Below are positions 63,201 through 64,000 of a stretch of 64,000 nt of DNA, in pieces; within the stretch, counting starts at the first letter, position 1; every line of letters starts with the position of its first letter. This DNA is from Camelus ferus (Eukaryota): positions 30,382,001 through 30,446,000 of the forward strand of contig NC_045697.1 of NCBI RefSeq assembly GCF_009834535.1, given 5' to 3'. The notes beneath the pieces were generated by a model. It did not search any database, had not been told where the DNA came from, and saw only the letters and a program-made list of their open reading frames with translations. The position numbers were made by a program, and so were the translations under genes.

Positions 63201-64000
63201 CATTCAGCAAGTGCCTTCAATGACAGGCACAGGGGATGCCAATCGGGATGAGACCTGGGCCTAACTTTTCAGGGGCGAATGTGTCGTGGTGCAGAACGAA
63301 GGTGCCAAGAGAGGGTGCTCTGGGTGATGGAAGGAAAAAGAAAAGACAATCACTGAGGGAGGGAGGGAGAATCAAAGGAGCACTGACTTTCAGGGTGGGA
63401 AGACTAGGGTGTGTCTGACACCCAGGGGAACGACCCAACATCGGGGAAGAAATCAGCGCACAAGACAAGGAATAACTGATGGGCACAAAGTCCTAGCAGC
63501 GGGGGGGCGGTGCTGGGTGAAAGAACAGGTGTGGACTGGTGGCCCTGGCAGAACTCAGCGGGCTGAGTTCAGCTTGGTATCTCTTACCTCTTTGCTGACT
63601 CAAGACAGGGAGGGTAGTGGGACTAGGGAGAGGCTGGGGGCTGGGAGCAAGGAGCAGACCTCTGAAGCAGCTCCTCAAAGTGATGGGGAGGGTTTCAACC
63701 TGCACTAGACCGATCTCCTTTGGTCCTCTGGTCTCCTTCATGTACAGAGAACTGGAGCACAGAGTGTTCTTGTACTTCCTCAGGAGAGGCATGCAGTCAG
63801 GGCGGGAACAACAGTGTGCAGTCGGATCTACTAAATGGTAGGCCTGAGGATGGAATTTTAAGATGATTTTAAATAGATACAGGGACTGTCAATGGACATG
63901 TGACCACACGATGAGAGAGGGGCAGCATCCTATTGTTACCAGCACGAAGAACTCACCCTGCCAAGAGAAGAAGAAAACTTGACTGCATAAACAGAGCATG

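Overview
Mammalian genomic DNA, most likely camelid, judging by tRNA-Ala-derived Vic-1-like SINEs and the short L1 3' tails. The window holds the 3' halves of two convergent genes in the same tail-to-tail order known from human 4p13. SLC30A9 (ZnT9, a CDF-family zinc transporter) is on the + strand: ten GT-AG exons from 2803 to the stop at 27224 splice into one intact frame, with a proximal poly(A) signal at 28619. BEND4 (BEN-domain protein) is on the - strand: its last two coding exons are 59565-59325 and 55747-55530, followed by a ~6.2 kb 3'UTR ending near 49350. The rest is intron or intergenic sequence rich in L1, L2, MIR, SINE, hAT, Tigger and LTR remnants. Repeat family names come from my recall of consensus sequences and need RepeatMasker confirmation. 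I found no evidence for a wholly new multi-gene system. The most notable unexplained signals are: a 47-bp-arm near-perfect hairpin at 39195-39297; paired small hairpins hiding miRNA seed matches in the BEND4 3'UTR; an open read-through frame past the BEND4 penultimate-exon donor; two splicing oddities in SLC30A9; and several well-resolved retrotransposon insertion structures.
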